Positions 58,061-64,000 of a DNA stretch of 64,000 bases are shown in pieces; the stretch's first letter is position 1; every line of letters begins with the position of its first letter. Source of the stretch: the human T2T-CHM13v2.0 reference genome, Homo sapiens. Position numbers and translations under genes: made by a program. Below the pieces are notes generated by a model that was not told the origin of the DNA, did no database searches, and saw only the letters and a program-made list of their open reading frames with translations. Where the stretch lies: assembly GCF_009914755.1 (NCBI RefSeq), contig NC_060925.1; one strand, written 5' to 3'.

Positions 58061-60108
58061 CTAGAAAATTTTTAATTAGAGTTGGATCTTGAAAATTTTT
58101 AGCTGCATGCATTCATTATGAAAAAAAAAAAAATCGGAAAGGAGGTACTCAAAGCCCTGAAGACATTATCCATTATCAGAGTGTGACTTGAAATTGTTTG
58201 CCGTGCCTGATATGAGAGCATGTTCTGTACATGTCTACCTAGGCTTCACCTGGCATTTACCCGAGTGAGGACTATCAGTGTTCCATTTTATACAAATATC
58301 TGAACAGAGCAGGCTCACATTTAGACGTATTCCCCATGCAGAGCTACAGGCTTCCAATCAATGAGATGTTTACTAGAATATATACAGAAACTGAAGGTAA
58401 TTCTTTAAATTTTTTGAAAAATGAGGTTATTTGGCTGCCTGGTAATTGCAGCATGGTAAAATTTGATATTGAATGTATTTGATTGTGTTTACTGTTTTCT
58501 TTTAGTTTTAAAAATAAACATCTTAATTAGAAAAAAAAGACCCACTTTTGCAAGACTGGTGAAGTATCTCCACAGAACACTCACTAGGAAGAACCCTTCT
58601 GCAGTCCTGCTTTGTCATATTTCAGTTGGAGAATCTGAACCCAGAGAGGTCGAGTACCTTGTCCAAGATCAAACCCAGCTAATGGAGAAGGACTAGAACC
58701 CCGATCCCTAAGTTTCTAGCTGGGAGCTTTATCCAGTCATATAGCATGTCACCGAGCACTGCTGGTCTTGGTATATTATACTACATCTAAACCATAATAG
58801 TCTGCAAAAAGATTAGAAACAGCATGCAGTGTGGAAGAGTAGAATTTTCTATTTAGAAAGCAGTGTTGTAGTGTTTCAAATACACTAGTCATACAGTTTC
58901 TTTTCCAGGTAGCTTCTGAGCTTTGATTCTGGCTAATGGGGCTAACACTGCCAAAACTTTCGTGTACCAACCAGGGACAATGGTGGTTGTTCTCATGTTT
59001 ACTTTGGTGATGTCCATGGATGTGTTGGGGTAGGTCTAAGTGCAAGGAGTGATAGGGGGATAAGAGAAGCAAGGAATGATATAAAGTAGGTTGGGCTGGT
59101 ATCTTAGGACAGAGTTTTCCAAGCTTTATTCACTGTAATTCACCATAAGAAACACATTTTACATTGCAGCCTAGTACACACACATACACACACGCCATTC
59201 ACATGTATAATTGAAACAAGAGGTTCATGAAACAATTCTTACAAGGTGTAAAGCATACTGATATTTTATATTCTGTTCTATTTTATTTAAAATATGTCTT
59301 TACCCATCAAATTGACTTCACTGCTCACTAATGGGTTGTAACCTGCAGACTGCAAAACATAGCCATTGGAGAATCTACTTACTGTGCTTAGATCCAGAAG
59401 GTTCTTGAATGTTCTTAGGGCATTGATTTTTGGCATTGAATGAGCAGGTGATTGTTTGATTGCTCTGCATCTAGGCTAGTTTGCAATTAACATGAATGGC
59501 TTAAGGAAAACTGAAAGTATTCTGAAGACTGCTCTCTCTAAACATCAAGATGCATACCTGTCTCTGGATGGTTTTTATTCAGTTGGTACTTGACTTTTTG
59601 GGAAAATCTGAGTTTGTTTTAAGCCTTCAAATAATATGATTTATCTTTTCTTATCTCACTTTCATTTGAATCACTGTGTTACCCTTAAAGCCCTCTCATA
59701 CTCCTCCCTTCTTCCTGGCAACCAAAATGTGCATTGATTCAGTTTGGGAGAACCTTGATTGAGAAGCCTGTAGCTAGGTCAACGTTGTGGGCCCTGAGGA
59801 GCCAGCGCTGAGCCTGCCTTACTGGGTCTGTCATTTTAGTATCTCATTGGGCTTAGTTTCTAAGTGTGGGCTGAAAAGTTATATAATGTCCCATTCACCT
59901 CAAGACATCGAATCTTAAACCTTAGGTTTATAAGGGTTTTCTTGATTGAATAATTTTAATTTATGTAAATTTTTATTTCAAGAAATGTTTTCTATTTGAT
60001 AGAGTGAGTAAAATTGTGGCCTTTCCCCTATTTTGGAAAGTGAATAGGGGAAAGTAAACCCCTCTTCATGAGCACTTTCTGAAATTTTAAATAAAAGAAG
60101 AGCTAACC

Positions 60109-60186
60109 GCTTGCAGTGAGCTGAGATAGCGCCACTGCACTCCAGCCTGGGCAATAGAGCTAGACTCCGTCTCAAAAAAAAAAAAA
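60109..60186 (+). mobile_element. Severely 5'-truncated Alu (Y-like 3' end)
   Basis: About 65 nt of Alu 3' end plus poly(A). TSD AAGAGCTAAC. Confidence 0.85.
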
Positions 60187-60532
60187 GAGCTAACTGCAAC
60201 TGCTGTTGAGTTTGCTGTGTGTTCAGTTATTTCTAAGATTTTTAGTGTTCAAAATAGGGTTGCCATGCTAAAAAACAGACTGTGGCCATGTAAACTACTA
60301 GGTTCCCACGTCACCAACACTCTGTCTCTGTGTCTTTCTTAATTTTCTTCCTTGTTGCTCTTCTGCCTTAGCTTTGCTTTTCCTGTGCCTATCTTCCCAA
60401 ACCCCCGTAACAAATGCTTGTAGGGGCTTTGAATTTTCATTATGGAAATTCAAACTTTTAATTGATGAGGACTTAAAGCCAGGGGTGTAGTTATACAGCA
60501 AATTCATGGGTAATAAAACTAAATAGTGGGAT

Positions 60533-60880
<348 letters not shown>

Positions 60881-61360
60881 TCAGCCTCAAAGAAATATTT
60901 TAGGAGGGCTGCAGTACCTCATAGAGTTATTTAATAAGAAATAATATTTGTGGTTCATAGTTTCAAATTAATGAGCAGACAGACAAGCCTTTCCATGTGA
61001 ATATACATACTGTAGGATGAATCAGACAATTCTTTCAAGAGTGGGTGTACGAGTCATTTAGTGGGCCTGCTTTGGGAAATTTCTTAATTTAAGAAACCAT
61101 AATTCCCTTCTCTGATAAACCTTTCCTGATGTTTTCTCCCTAGTTTTTCTGCCTACCCCTCACTCTCTGCCTCCCAGCTCTTCACTGTCATTTTCTTACT
61201 ATCTGACTTAGAACATGGCTCATTTATAGCTTTTCTTACTTCATTTTGCAATTAATTGCACATAATATGATCTACTAGGATGAGCTCCTTGTACTTACTT
61301 GCTTTGCACACTCGCCCTTGTAAGAATGAGCTTTTTGAGTAAAGGGATAACTCTTACATA

Positions 61361-63737
<2,377 letters not shown>

Positions 63738-63794
63738 TCTCACTCGTATTTGTATCTCCAGTACTTAACATAGTGTCTGTCTGTGCTATTTTAA

Positions 63795-64000
63795 AAATTT
63801 ATATTTATTTTTATTTTTTAAGTTGACTTCGTAATTGTACATATTCATGGGATACATACTGATGTTTTTTTAAAATGTACATGTAATGCTTTTATTTAAA
63901 AAAATCTTTTATTTTAGGTTCAGGGGTACATGTGCAGGTTTGTTGTAGAGGTAAATTTGTGTCATAGGGGTATGTTGTACAGAATATTTAGTCACCCAGG
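63795..64000 (-). mobile_element. L1 3'-end fragments, truncated by the window edge
   Basis: 'ttttattttaggttcaggggtacatgtgcaggtttg' L1 3' UTR signature. Confidence 0.7.

Noticed and set aside
60259-60272. GTTGCCATGCTAAA X-box-like sequence
   Set aside because: The second half-site is degenerate and there is no supporting context.

Overview
Primate (almost certainly human) genomic DNA containing the 5' part of CDC14A (dual-specificity phosphatase) on the + strand. It holds a CpG-island promoter (~7.3-9.4 kb) and four canonical coding exons (8933-8981, 9740-9830, 33526-33601, 46712-46804) that splice in frame to the first 103 aa (MAAESGEL...FLIGAYA). Exon 5 lies beyond the window. Intron 4 holds an antisense BCAS2/SPF27 processed pseudogene with poly(A), target-site duplication (TSD) and an inserted Alu. 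The rest is repeat-rich intron (about 28 Alus, several L1 3' ends, Tigger1, an ERV1 and a MaLR solo LTR, MADE1, MER30, MIR/L2). Most ORFs in the supplied track are repeat artefacts. The most interesting signal is a layered 5' architecture. (i) An alternative first coding exon at 7737-7788 splices in frame to exon 2 and would give an N-myristoylation-type start (MGNFLS...). (ii) A near-perfect RFX X-box (926-939) sits next to candidate distal exon donors. (iii) A 118-codon uORF stops 1 nt before the canonical ATG. Together these suggest a cilia/membrane-targeted CDC14A isoform programme, which is an inference and may be partly annotated already. No prokaryotic-type system (CRISPR etc.) is present.
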